NCBI RefSeq assembly: GCF_001949145.1
Contig: NW_019091355.1
Span: forward strand, 1,114,083-1,178,082
Length of the DNA: 64,000 bases
Source: Acanthaster planci
Lineage: Eukaryota
Reading direction: 5' to 3'
Part shown: piece after piece, positions 1 to 14,200 of the stretch
How the letters are laid out: each line of letters opens with the position of its first letter
Position numbering within the stretch: position 1 is the stretch's first letter
The notes under the pieces: generated by a model
What the model was told of the DNA's origin: nothing
Seen by the model: only the letters and a program-made list of their open reading frames with translations
The model's database searches: none
Translations under genes and position numbers: made by a program

Positions 1-3000
1 AGGCAAGAATGACAGCATTTGACCAAAATAGACGTACGCCGAACGGAAACGACAGAGAATGGGAAATTTCCTCTCAAGAGTGATTTGAAAACGATTAACT
101 GCGGGGTCCAATTCGAAACAAGGGATGTGTTAATTTACACATTCCGCGGCGCGACTGTGTTCCCGGCCCATTCACGGGCAAGAAAAGTTCAAAACGGCGT
201 CATCAAACTACTCCTGGTGGAAGATACCCCCACCAGACGTCGTTATTCTGAAGGGTGCAGAAACGAGAAAGGAAAAAGAGAGACGTGATATCGAGGCGTT
301 TCCTGGGCTTCGGGGAAGTGGAAAGGCTTTTGTTTAGTTATAGCCGCCGAATTGCGCGCTGTAGACACGCATGAAGCGTTATTATTAACCGAGGCAACTC
401 ATAGCTAGCTCTCTCACCGCAAACAGGCCGAGTTTCAACCCTGGTCCAAACAACACGCACATGAAGGCCCCGGCTAATGATTAATTCATCCCCCTTGATG
501 CTTCAGGCTTTCACACTCTGTCGGGCCCATAGCTGACTGACTCGGCATGGGTAAAAAAAGGAGTCCGACAGAGCGGTGCGCTGTTTTGTTCGAACAACTT
601 TTTTCATCTTAGTAAGAGAGAAGGATTTTCGTGTCAGTAGGACGACGACTGTTTGATGCGTGTCTTGCAGTTACAGTGAGTTCCCGTCAGACGCGACGAG
701 TTGTGTTTACACGACGTTCCGACTTGAATAATCTAAAACACGAAGTTTACAATTATTTGTGTAAATACTCTTGTTCTCTACTCCGGGTTGTTCCGACACG
801 ATAAGGCATTCGTTCCAGTGGATTGTCAATTTACATTTGATTCATAGGCTTAAAATAAAAGCCCGCAGTGGTAATTGGCACGCCCGCCCCCCAGTCCTAG
901 TGTAAAACCACGATATGCAAAGTCTCGATGATCAATTCAAAGATCTGCACATTTTTAGAATACCCGTTAATCAGTTCCTTATCGACTGCAGTTATTTTGA
1001 CTTAAAATTGACGCACTTTGGGGTTCACAGGTCTGACCCAGGTTTGGGTCTGACGGAGATGACACCGTGGTTGTTGTATTTAGGCCTATCAACAAATCCG
1101 GCTAACCTCGGTAAGGTTCAGTGTGTCACGCCATGGAAGCCCGCGTCAGTGAAGACGTACCACGTGAAAGTGAAGTTTGTTGGTGTCGCTAACCGCTGGC
1201 CCGATTTAGCAAACTGTACGTGCCGAGATTGGCCGCAGCATTCAAGGACAGATTGAAAAGAACTTCTTACAGGGTATACGAGTCCTTGAAATGGTACAAG
1301 CGATTCTCTGATGATAGACTTGTCACGTTAACGTAACAGGTGAAGTTCCACTGGAACCAGCTTTGCGTGACGTTATCATAATAAGCTTTGTTTTTTATAA
1401 AACCATGTTGCAAAGGTTTGGAAAGAGGCCCGACATAGAATGCGCTCGGATGGAATTTGTTGGAGGGGGTTTTTCGAAGAAAATTTACTAATTAGCAATA
1501 ATAAACAGGAGCCTGAGGCGGCAGCAAGTTTGAAAGACTTCCCCGCAATACAAAATACACGGCCTGTCAAGCTATACACACCTTGGATATCGAACAATGT
1601 TCCTAAGCAAGGCAATGTATCGCAATTAAATAAATCCATCAACCTGATTTTCAGCCTACCCTTGGAAAATGCACCGAGTCCGAGTCTTACAGTGTGCATC
1701 CCTAGGCAGTGGTGTCGAATCGGAATATTGCGAATCACTAATTAAAATTTCAGTGATTTCCCCCCTCTCTACCTCCCTATTACCTACGATTCGTGACTGC
1801 CCTGTGCGCTGATATTAGCCTGAGGACTCCACAAAATGATGGTACGCGGTCCACGCGTGACAGTACCGGTAACAGATCTAGATAACATTCACAAGACCAG
1901 GCCAAAATAACCGGCCTTCAAGTCCAAGTCGTAAACACAGGGCAGCGAAGCTTCTTGTCTGCTTTCTCTTGGCCACGATGCAAGGAGGCCCGCTCACTCC
2001 CTATCAACTCTGTTCTTTTCCTTGTCCGCCTATTCCAGACCTCCCCCCCCCCTTTTACGCCCAAGTCGTCGGATGTCGCGTCATTTTATTTGCGACGAGA
2101 ATGGGAAAAGCATTGCCTCGGGACGTGGTCTATGTGGGTGCCGCAGCGCACAGCAGCTGCTCCAGAATAAATGAATATCCCACATTAGAACTCAAAAAGA
2201 AAGTGGGGAAAAAAGTTCTTTGTCTGAGCGGCATTTCTTTGCCAGGCCTCCTCGTTCATGTTTCAAGTGCGCACACACACAACCGAAAGCGCGCACAGTG
2301 CGAGGTTGGGCGGTCGTCGGGCATGCATCAGACGCGGCTAGATTTTTTTTTTGAGTAATGATTTCCAGGCTATAGCGAATCCAGACTTCACGACCGGGAC
2401 CCTCTGGGACGTGGGAAGGGGGGGAGGGAGACACGGAAGCTACGTCACTTGAAAGATTATTGACAATTGCAACGGCTTTTAAGCCCACGAAGGACTGCAG
2501 GGAATTCTGCGCGGCAGCACGGTCGAAGCGTAGGAAATATCTGATCAAGAAACCACGTTCCTTAGTTGAGGTGGGTGTCCAGGCGCAGACGCTGAAGTTT
2601 TGCGGTTGAGCCCCAACTTAAAATAGTTCCGGAAATGTACGTTTTTCTTTTCGTTGTGCTAGGTTTGTAGTCTCTACATAATTAAGGTCAGGTGGCATCC
2701 CGCGGCGCGTCACCGCCCTCGAGCTACTTCGACACTGGAGAAAGTTAACAAAATCGTTAATTCTCAGTTTCTGGTTTTTTTTTCTTTCAGAAGAGCCGTC
2801 CTTATTTGTATTCGAAGGTAGACTCACTCCTAGCTTGTTTTTCAAGGGCAGAAACAGAATAGCCATATGCCGCACCAGGACACACTCACACTGTATCAGA
2901 CACAGCGCGAGCCCCTTGAAGCGATTATCGCGATTACCCCCGCAACGGTCATCCCGGTCACCGGCTCCATCAATCCAGAGCCGCGTATCCCGACACACGC

Positions 3001-6000
3001 ACACCGCGGAATGCGCCGACTGCTCGCCGACCCACTAGATCCGATTTTAAAGGGGCACGCAACTACAACGGGGTGGGAGAAAATCGTTCACAAACCAATT
3101 AACCTGACCAGCTATAGATCAGTTTTTTGGCGACGAATCTTTCCACTTTTCGCTTGGCTTACCACCGTCTGCCATTTTCTGTTTGACTTAACAATGCCCC
3201 CAAAAGAAATACATCCTCAAAGAAATTGTTTTCAAATCACGTACAACTTGTGGGAGGCAATGCATTCCCGGTTCCAGTTTCCTGATTTTAAATAGTCGTT
3301 TCTGGCAAAAGGATATTATGCTGGCTCGACACCCACGCGATCCCGTCTGCTATAGGGTATATCCATCAGGGTCATTCTAGCGCCTACGACTACCCGACTT
3401 GTAGGAGCATTTTTTCTTCAGTCAACACTCCCGCCACCGTCCCCTTGAGGGGCGGTGCCCTACAAATACTCGGAGCTTTGAGTGTCGATGCTGGCAACCC
3501 AGCAAACTGCTTATCATTTTGCTGTTGTTTAAAGCATGAAAATTTTGGTTTGCATTGTTTCGAGGTAAAAAGATAAAGTTTCAACTGGAAGGTGGAACGT
3601 TCTTGTTTTATGAATTTTGAATTCGCCGTGTTGGTTATTGTTTCATTAGGCGTATTCAAGAGAAGTTGGTCTTTTTGACTTTTTATGATGGTAGTTAGTG
3701 CACAAACCTCTGAGCCAAATGGATCAAATCATTCTACATTAACAGCTATCTATATTTAACGACACGGACTATATTTACATAGGGTGTCGAAGCTAATAAA
3801 GTACGCATGCTAATTTTCTTTTTATCTAAAATGTCCCTTCGTGACAAAGGTAAAACTCATACTGGTTTAAATACGGGTATCTTACCGTCACCAAAAATAA
3901 GAGGTATATACTTTCACCTACACATGTATGTAGTTTTGAATTTGTAAAAAGGTCGAACAGGGATGAATATCCATTGTGACTGACACCCACCGGAAGGCCA
4001 GACAGTTGAAAAAGGAAAGACTAGAACCAGCTATAGAATCCAAATCCCATCTGGGAGGTTTCTGGTATAGCGATACTGCCATTCCAAATACTCCAAACGC
4101 CGTCCTCAACACAACTGCTCTTCGTTTAACATCATTGAAAAGTCAGCTGAGTATCTGCGCTGGTACAATTTCCAGATATTTTCAGGCTCTTTAATTGCCT
4201 TGAATGCCGCCAGGCGAGGCGTCTGTTTCCTGCGACGAATGACTTGAACGGCATAGGCCTTCTGAGCCATGTAAGTTGAATGTAACTTATACCCGAAAAT
4301 CAAAACGATCGAGATCCCATTTGTGTTGAAACGTGGCAATATTTCGTTGATTTACCGAAGCTTAAGGCCATAATTAAAGTGACAGTCCCCAGAGGAAAAA
4401 AAACATGTCTTACCTGATTTTCTTGATGTCAGTTCCGACGTGTCAACTCGACCTTCAGTTCAAGTGGATATCCGGTGTTGTATAGTTTTTATGGCCCGGC
4501 GTTCTCTGTCCAGCTTTCGATACTGAAGCAACAATGACACCGTCACGGAAAATGCGAACGTGGTTGAACTCAATGCGGTACCAAAACAAGAGAGTTGCGT
4601 CTGGGAATCCAGTAACAAATCGGAAATCAGGAACGGATTTCCCTCTCTGCTTGGGAGAGCTGTGTAAGAAAGTCAAATGGGTTTGAAATTTACAGGTTTG
4701 TGCCCGGACTATGCGTTCCCGGTTGCTGCAACGACAAAGCACCGTCAGGCTGGTGGTTCGCGACAAACGTGGACCACGACGCGGTGTCGACTGCAAACAA
4801 ACCGCTGATTACGTCGCTGCGCGGTCCACACTGGTCATGATGCCTCCCTCACACCAGTAAGAAATTCCAGGAGGTGGAACGCAGGGAAAACATCCAGCAG
4901 GCCAGACGGCCATCCTCGAATGACACTGTCAGGGAAGCCGATCGTATCAGACAGACCGCGTACTTCACCAGTAGTCAGTCCATTTGGTTTGGAGCCGCCG
5001 CAGTGGCACTACGACCCTAGCACGTTGATAAGATAAACCTATGGTCTAAATGTGCCAAACGGCTACCGCTATATTCAGCGCCAGTTCCACGCGCACAGCT
5101 TGCTATGAGCACGCTATGCGTTGGCAAGCTTGGATATTCTCGCGAAGACTCGACGACAGCTGAATCGGGTGGTCCGTTTTAAGAGGCCGTATCTCCAGTG
5201 TCCTACAGTGCACGACAATGAATTTTTCCACAAATAAACTGTGACATATAGAGTACAAATCCTCCAAATCTTGAAAAGTTTAAACATCCCGAAAGGTTTT
5301 ATCTGTGTCCATAAATGACGCACTCGGATATTTTTGAGCGCGTACTGCGAGAAACTGTTCATCCAGCAGCTCAGCGTACACGTACACTGGGTTAAAAAAA
5401 AGGGTCCCTTTTTTTAACAGGGCGCCACAGGAATTCTGTCCAAGGCAGTTTCAAAATTCTTTCGGGATACAAATCTTGAAGAACGTAGCTACCTGGGGAC
5501 GTCTCCAAATCCGATGCCGTTCGCTGGGGAGGGGAGTTATGACGTCAGATATTACGCACTTTTGTCTGGATCCTCCGCCGCTCCGATATGTTGGTGCCAG
5601 AGTCGCTATTGAAATGAGAGCGAGGTTCGTGAACTGAGAGGCAGCGCTATTATGTAGCACGTCCCGCGATTGGCCCGGTCCCAAAAGTGGTCCATCAATA
5701 GTGATTAGGCGCGTGTGTACTCTTGCGGAACTACCGGATCGTGCAGACGTGCCGGGTCGCGACCATTACAAGACAGGGGTGTCCGAGGTGATGGTGCCCT
5801 CGTGTGGAGAGGAAGCTTTTTCGCAGAAAAATAATTCGCTGTAGAGATTTTTTTCTTGCACGTTTCAACAAACGTCTCCACGTGGTTTCAGCGGAAATAT
5901 ATCCGGGGGGGGGGAGTCTGCTGCATTGTGTTCAGTAGTAACGAGGAAAAGTTTATGAAAAAGAAACCTCACTTTTATTCATGAAATCGATTGGAAATCA

Positions 6001-9000
6001 TGCCTAAAAATTGCAAAGATGGTGAAATGAAAGGACTACCACTGCAAGACTGTACAGAGACATGCATGCCGGGAAAAAAATCAAATGCTCGTATTTTTAT
6101 CAGTTGGTGATTCATAAGTTACGACAAAAACATGAAGACTTTTAATAGGTCAAAGAGCGAGCTGCATGGAGACTGGCTGGCCGGCACTGCTCTCAATATC
6201 CATCCCCGCGCACAATCGACATCAGTGGTGATTAGAAAGCCACCTGGCACGACAAATGGTACCGTCCCTGGATCGCCGGCCTGTAATAATGCCGCGACAC
6301 GCATCCGCCCGGCGGAGCTTGCCAGAGAAATAAAATGTGTCCCCTTTGTGACGCGCCTCGGCTTTCATGGGCACGTAGGGGCCCCGGCGTTTTGTTATAG
6401 CGGTGACTAGTCGATATCGCAGGCAAACACAATGAGCGGAGTCCTCTGTGTTCTGCAAAGCACGTTCTATTGACCGCGTATTGAACTCGCGCCGCGCTCG
6501 GCCGATAGCCACTTCAGCAAGCCGTAAACCCGTGATCTGGGAGTGTTTTTCTTTTACGGCGGCTTTTTTTTTGTCGATGTGTGGGGCACAGCGCGGAGTG
6601 TGAATCCATTGCCAGGCAGGCCGCATATGGAATATGTAATCACGTCGGCCGTGCCAGACACAAAACATGAGAGGAGGTGGTTAGGGAATGGTTGGGACTG
6701 GGATAGGGGAACGGTTAAGGCTGGCGGGAATGGTGGAAGAATACTGGGCATTTTATTCGTTCGTCTCTCGCCCCACGGGAACGGAGTGCCCTGGTCTTGA
6801 TGCTTTCTGTACCGGTAGCGATTGCACTAGGGCACTCGGGGCGCATTTCCCAATCATGATTAACGGACTGCACCACATCCTGACTCCACCGGTCATTTTT
6901 ATCACCATGCCATCACGTACAGTCAGAGGGCATTAAAGGGGCTCTGCAGAAAAAAAAAGCGTTCGGAATCTCCTCTCGTTTAAAACAGTAACTCTACTGA
7001 GCGAGGCGTCATGTTTGTGTTCCTCCAGCGCTGCATCACGCCATGTAAAACAATGCACCATTTTTGCACTCTCATCTTGATCAGGAAATCCACAAAGATT
7101 ACATCTCTGGCGTGAAGGAAGTGATACGGGAGAAGCAATGTACACAAATAGTCGGGTATAATTTGATATTGACGGCCAGAGAACCTTTAAAACCGAAATT
7201 CGCGAACTGGGGTAATGGTGAAACCCACATTAAGCCGTTAAAGAGAAACCCACTGGGAGCGCTGGACAAGTCAACCGCAAATAACTCTCATGCGACCAGC
7301 GCGCTACTTTCCTGTAAACCGGTTTTTGTTTTGTTCATGATACGACCGGGGCGCGGGCTCCTCTTTTCTAATCTCTAGTCCCTGCTTGGATGGCTTCTAT
7401 TTTTCACGGACGTTGATGAGGAGGCGTGAATGTGACGGGACGGGTGACCAGGGAGCCCCTGTGGCAAAGTTCCCGGTCATGCGTGTCGCACAAAAGGCAA
7501 GGGGGAGGCTACTGCGCTCAGAGACACCCCAAAACCTCAGGTCCAGCATCCGAGACCCGATTCCTGCGAAACCAGTGTGGGGCAAGTGTCGCGACGGTGC
7601 GGTCGTTTTTTTTCCCGGGTGGTGGTGTGGGGGGGGAGGCGTCTCGTCTTTTCACCGAGGCCAGCCGCCCCGGGGGAATTTGGCGAGGCGGCCCCCGTCT
7701 CTTGATCAGCCAGTCCCTGGGTACCAAACGGCTTGATCGCGGGCCTGGTAACTCGAGTCTGCCTGATCAATTTGTAAACGAGGTTTCGGACCGGCGGGCC
7801 TCCGCCACTGAGGAGCAGGGAAAGCCGAGCCTCCAAGGCACGAATTAACGCAAAGCGCGTAATCTTCTCTTTCCCTAACTGTTGGCACGGCGTGCATACA
7901 GCGTTTTTTCCCTCCCGTCACTTTCTCTCTTAGTACGTTGAATTTTCCATTTTCAGTCGGGCTTCTTTTTAACCAGCGCGGCCAACGTCGCGGCATATCA
8001 CATAGCATCCCTTGAAATTCAGCCCTCGAGCGATCTTTTTTCCTTCTCTTACGAGAAAGGTATGCAATCCTGCTTTCGACCATAGACCAACCAGGACCCC
8101 GGGCCGCCAGACGAGCGCGCGGCCCCGCTGCTGCTGTTTATCGATTGTAGCACTTCAGCGCAATCACTCCTCGGTCGGCCCGGGCCGGCTGGCTGGCTGA
8201 CCGAGGCACCCGATAGATGGATGGATGGATGAATTGGACAGGGGAGGCTGGCTCGCCAGGCATGCACGGCTCGGCTCAGCTCGGCGGTAGCAATGACACT
8301 TGCACGATAGCGTGGAGCGGCAATGTGGCGAACATAACTGTCCTCAATCGGTACGGCACGCTCATCACTTCCGCTACCGCCCCCGGCAGTAATAAATTTG
8401 CGGTCGTTATGGTATGAGGCCGAGGGAGCGTGCGTGCGTGCCGTCTGCATGAGAACAGAGCCCCGTTTTTTTCCCTTTCTCCCTGCGCTCAGCGAGCGGC
8501 TCGATATTAATAATAGAGGCCGTAAGGTATCGGGTGGTTCTGCCATACTATATACTTCAGTTTTAAAAACCTCGAGCCTGCTGAGAGGAGGGACCCACAT
8601 CTGCGCAAGAAGCGTCGAATAACCTTGCCTGATAAAAATGCCGAGATAAAAAAAAAAGCCATACCGGACGGTAATCGATCTAGTCTCGCTGCGCTAGGTT
8701 AGATAACATCTCGCCCCGTTGCAAGATGATAACGTTTCAATGTCTGCGGCCGGACACTGCAATAATTATGGAGGGGACCAGCCTCGCACGAACCTTGCTT
8801 TACTTAAGTGCTGGATTTTCCCTGAAACAGAACACGCAGACGCGAACTAATATCTGCAACTCTCCACTAACAATTCATCTACGTATACCGTGTACATATG
8901 TGATCCATTGCTTAAAGATAGGATCTTTATTCAGAGTTACCACGGTTGGGTCAATTGTGGAGACAACTGGAACTTGCTAACGGTGCACGGCATGAGAGTC

Positions 9001-10942
9001 GATCATCGTTCCTCTATTAAATGCCACGAAACAACGAATATGGCGGGCCTCGTAAACCGAGGGTAAAAACAGGAGGACTGCAATAATGCATATAGAAGCT
9101 CGCAAAAATGTTCTCAAGAACGTATTAATTTGAAATGAATTGCCCTCGAGGCCAGCTTGCTCCCGAGGCTTAGTGCTATTGCGAAGTTATTCTGTCTCTG
9201 AGTTTTCCCTTCATTATAGTTGATTATGTCTAGATTCGGCACAGCCATAAACAAAGGCATGTTTCATTTTTGTTTGATGTCTTCAGTTTTCCCGCGGCAA
9301 TGGACAGTATCGTGTTGTGACTGGACTTAGAGTCAACTGATCATGTCAGAGTAGATCATTGATCGGATCAGCGCAAAGTCTATGCAAGCCCTTCACGCGA
9401 TTTGAGTCAGTGAAAGGCTGCATACGTAGACGTTGATACACTCTCTGGTTCGCAGAGATTTGGTCCAAAAAGCAGGAATAATGGATACACGAATCTAACA
9501 CATTCATGGCGCATGAGGTAGCAATTTCTCTGTTCACGAAATTCCAGAGACAAGACGATAGACCTGGAATACACGCCAATCCGAACACCAGGTCGCCATG
9601 CACAGAGAAAGCCCCCAGGAATGGAGGCCGTAATTAGGGGGGTCTTACAGAGGCACACTGACCTCGCATAAGGACCAGTATATAATTACAAGTGATGTTA
9701 TCATAAATTTCCCTTTTGTTGCCCTGTAGTGCATCGCCTTTCGAGTGCTCTACACAAGTGACTAGATTTTGTGAAGGGATTTCTCAGTCCAAATCATGGG
9801 GGGGGGCTGTTGCTCAAACTGTAATGTGTTTTTTCAATCCTCATGATCACGCCACAGTGTTTGTTTACTCTTACCACAACTTTGACGTGGCGTCCGTGAC
9901 CTACTTAGGACACTGAAGAACTGACCACGTCACTGAACTATTGGTGTGAGGTGCTTGACCCAGTTCGGAATTGGGCATGCAGACAATGTCGATTCTCACC
10001 GGTTGCTGCGACTGTTGTCTAATAGCTCAAACACCATAACAAAAACAGAGTTATGGAGATCTTTAGGTACCATCTACGAGTTTGGGATCGCGAGATAATT
10101 TATCGCGGGATGTCGACATTTCGCATGTGAGACAATTAATCACAAGATGGCGGCATCCTCAAACTAGTCCTGAGATAAAACTCTGATAGAACCGCCTGAG
10201 CTTAGTGCAAAGGCGTTAGGCAGAAGCGTATAATTCATTACCTTTTACTCTCTGCCATCGTTTTTTCTTAATAAAAGAGCGATTGTTTATCTTGCAGCGG
10301 AAAACTGATTCCGAAGGTGTGGGAAACATCAACTATGCACTGCCGGCATTGGGAACCATCCAGCTACGCGCCGCGTTGATTAATCGTGTTTGCCATATAC
10401 CTTGTCGCGCAACCGGCCAGGTTTCGGCCGAAACGAGGCTCGCCATCAACGCCTGCATAAATGCTTGAATTCTGCGTATTGATTAATACCGCAAACCTTG
10501 CCACGATCCTTTCTGTCTCCGCACGCGGCCGTTGGGGAAAAAACCTCGTACGTGCGCGGAATCGGCAAAGGCGAATCCAGCCGGCATTTGTTGCCTCTGG
10601 TTACGTCAGGCAACCGCTGGAGTGGCCCAAACATCGTTGCAATGCGGGACTCGGGGCCAACCGACGAAGTTTTTCACGTTCGGTTATAAGAGAGTAGATG
10701 GATAGTAGTAACAGGAATGATTAAAGGAATGATAACAAGGATAGCAGCGATACTCTTTTAATTTTTTTTGGTTTACGAAATTATTTATTCAACCAAGTTC
10801 ACTCATTAAATAAAAAAGACTCACCGTGGCTTTCAGGGCATAATCCAGGTGTTTCTGTATGTACAGAGTAGGCCTACAGCCAAATGAAGTTTCTGGAGAC
10901 CGGCTGTGGATACTTTGCTTTTTGGGGGAGAAGGGGGAATTA

Positions 10943-11255
10943 CACTGGGCAATCTGTTCGGCATACGTAGCATGAGGAGCGATGTTATAGCTTAACATTG
11001 TGTGCAGTGCTACATTTACACTGTGGTGTTACATGGTGTTACATTAGTCTCTTATGAAGTGCCAAACTAAAACCGTGTGTGGTATGAAATCTACATGGTG
11101 TGTGGTGTTTAATTAGTACTTGGACCTATGAGCGGTGTTAAAATCAAGACAGTGCGGTATTGATGTTCAGTGGTTTAATATGGATAGCACTCGGTGTTAC
11201 GTTAATCAGATATCAGTGGGGTGAACTCTAACGGAGTCAGTCACTTTCCCCAGTG
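10943..11255. mobile_element. Possible degenerate CACTA/EnSpm-like non-autonomous element
   Basis: Ends CACTGGGCAA / TTCCCCAGTG with repeated GGTGTTA/GGTGT motifs inside; degraded. Confidence 0.35.
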
Positions 11256-14200
11256 CAAATGTCCTTGACTTTTGAGAAGATCAGAAGGTCGAAAAATTTC
11301 TTAGTACAGTTACCAAGGAATTAAGATTCTTGACGAGGACTGTGTGGGCAATGCTGGTACAATGCCCTTGTAGCTGAAAAAGGGTCAAGTGAAACAATGA
11401 AAAGACAGTTAAAAACCAACTAGCGTGGATTACACAAAAAAATCAATGTTTGTCCCTGCCCAATCACGAATGTCGCGCCTCTTCTATGAGCAACGAAAAT
11501 ACACGGGCAAGCGTAACTAGGACGAGCCCGTGTGCAGACGTCGTACATAACCAACTTTCATGACACATCCCCGGTTATTAAACAGTTCCGATTGCCCTTA
11601 ATGCGCACGTGTTTGTAGAACGGCAAGCAAGGTATTAGCCATTTTGACTTGTGATCAACTCGAATACACAAAGCTGCGACTTTTAATTCAGAGAACGTGA
11701 CGCCATACCCTTGGATGATCATTTATTCCCTGGGTTCTCAAAGCCAGCAATAAACGCCCTTCTTAATCAGTGAACGCACACCGTAAACTTACCCCAAGTT
11801 CCAAAAACATCACGAAGTCAATTTCAATTTAAACTCGGAAAGAGGTGGGACGGAAATAATTTGTCTTCTAAAGATCCTCAATATTATGACGTCTTAAAGT
11901 TGTTGTTTATTAATCGATTTTACATTGAAAAATAAGGAAACCACGATGAACGTCTCGAATGAGCCAGTTCGGTATTTCAAAACAGCAAAGCTTTTCGGGA
12001 ACAAAGTACGCGCACGAGTCTACTTAGGAGAATGCGCCGACAGGGCATTCCAACCTCGTTCTCATGGGTACGATCTTGACGCGCCATGTTGGTTCTCACC
12101 ATGCCTTGCGCAATCAGGTGAAGGAGCACGTACGCAGCCCCCTCGCACGCGCGTCCAAATGACCTCACGGACGCGCCGCCAGTGGGTATGCGCTCTTGGA
12201 ATACGGAACTGGCCCACTGATGTTAGCTTGCATCCCAAACCAAGGGAATCCACTGTAATTTTAGTGATTTCTCGGATATACGAAAAAAGCTTCCTGGGTT
12301 TTCCATATGCACAAACAATGGTGTTCTTTTAGCACTGTATGCAAGGCTAGACCGCGTGACAAATACGATTCAATATTGACACAAATGGTGTTAACTTACA
12401 ACACGGTTTGCCAGGTAGAATAACCGCTCTGCTCATGGCCTCCTTGAAAGCAATCCGAGAAAATCCATCCCGTTTAAAAAAAAACAGCTCAGATTTCAGT
12501 GCGGTGATTTGAATCGGTTTGCTGGTTCGAGAAAAAAATCGGCATGCATTCCATTTATAAAAATGTTTCTAGTCGGAGCTGGGGAGGGAAACCGAAGCCA
12601 GCCGGAAGCCGACCAAAACATGCAAAGAGGGAGAAATGAAGATTTTTTTTGCCCCTGTAAATGAAGGCGCCCTGATAAGAGGGATGACGCATCGCTTCTG
12701 CAAGGCGGGGAGGAAGTACAGGGACGGAGTCACTTAGCGCATTGAGCTATATGACTCGTGACAGCCCATGATATTAAAGGGGCAGGGGCTCTACACCTGC
12801 CACCAAGACACGCTTGAACACCCGCTGTATTAAAGGGACGACGCAATACAATTTTACTCGAAATTGCCCGGAACACTGTGTCTCACTTTTACATTCGATG
12901 AAATTTGTCACAGGAGCAGTCGTGGCACCTCTTGATGGAGGTCAGATATGCACTCTGAAATAGGTTCTCAGTTATAGCAATGGAACAGTTTCTGTGGTTA
13001 TTTTTTATCAAGATCCGAAAATAACGAGGCAAGTTCTGGACTCGACCGCATCTTTGGCTCATGCATCTTGGAAGAACAGCGAAGGGTTGTTAGCATTATC
13101 TCCACTTAATGGGAACATGGGCCAATCGTTTTTCACTGTCAATCAAAGCGAGAGGTTTTTTCAAATCCAGTTACAAGGTCAAACTCTATGAACGTTGTTG
13201 TTTATTCAATGTTACCCAATCACGACGTGACTCAGGCACCTGCCTTGACGAAAATGCTGTAAAATGCATCCATTTCGAATAATCAGTGATTTACAAGGCT
13301 TGGGAGGGCAACGTGTTAGTGTTGAACCGATCTGTCAACGTGACACATTTGGTCACTTGAAAGCGTTTACCAAGTGGTGCGCGCGGCACCACGCTTAAAA
13401 TAAGCCACTGAAGGATTACACCATGCCACTGCGGCGCAGGTTAGTCGCATTGAGACCCTTTCTTCAGAAGTATTCATACTTAGCTGGTCCGATGTCTTGG
13501 GCATGTTTCTAGCGTCAATTTCATGAAAATCGGACATGCTATTCTCAAATGATGTCACACCAACGAAACACAGGGTAGCGTAGACCTTATACTATTATTA
13601 CTTTTTTTAAAATCCATCTTTAAACGACTATGCTTGGCCCATAGCGAGAACAGCGAACAAGAGACCTCTTCCGACTGGACATGGTTGTCTATATGCATAC
13701 CAAATTGCATGAAAATCTGTCATCAGAGGGCCTGGATCTAAATGAGGTGGAACCAGTTTCCCCCTTCGACTGTACGGCTCTTTTGCGTTCAGATTTCTTT
13801 TCTGTTCCATTTTTATTTATTTTCTTTTGATGGAGGAGTCAACGTGTCAATCTTCTGTCCCCTCGCGCGGTGTAATACCGCTGTTCACTCCGCTGTACAT
13901 TCCTTCTCGTGCGTCCTATACAGCTACGCTCACTCACTTGCAAGACAGTCTCCCTATTCCGAGCCGTACTGTTTCATCAATGCTCCGTTCAATAATACAA
14001 GGACCCAATTTTACATAGCTGCCCAGCAAAAAATCTGGGACTGTGCTATGTCCTAAGCAGAAACCGGCAGCTCACCAGTCACATGAAATATACTCACCAT
14101 GACCTTTTCTTCACATGCAAATCACTTTTTTTTGCAGAGCAAATTTTCCTCAGTGCTCTGCAAAATATTGAGTAAGTAGCTCCCTGGAACCTATGCTGTC

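Noticed and set aside
5391..5418. Hairpin GTTAAAAAAAAGGG-T-CCCTTTTTTTAAC resembling an intrinsic terminator
   Set aside because: Eukaryotic context with no associated gene; a low-complexity palindrome.
7386..8622. Several overlapping 100-180 aa ORFs
   Set aside because: Expected in GC-rich DNA; no domain similarity, no splice structure, and mostly non-ATG starts.
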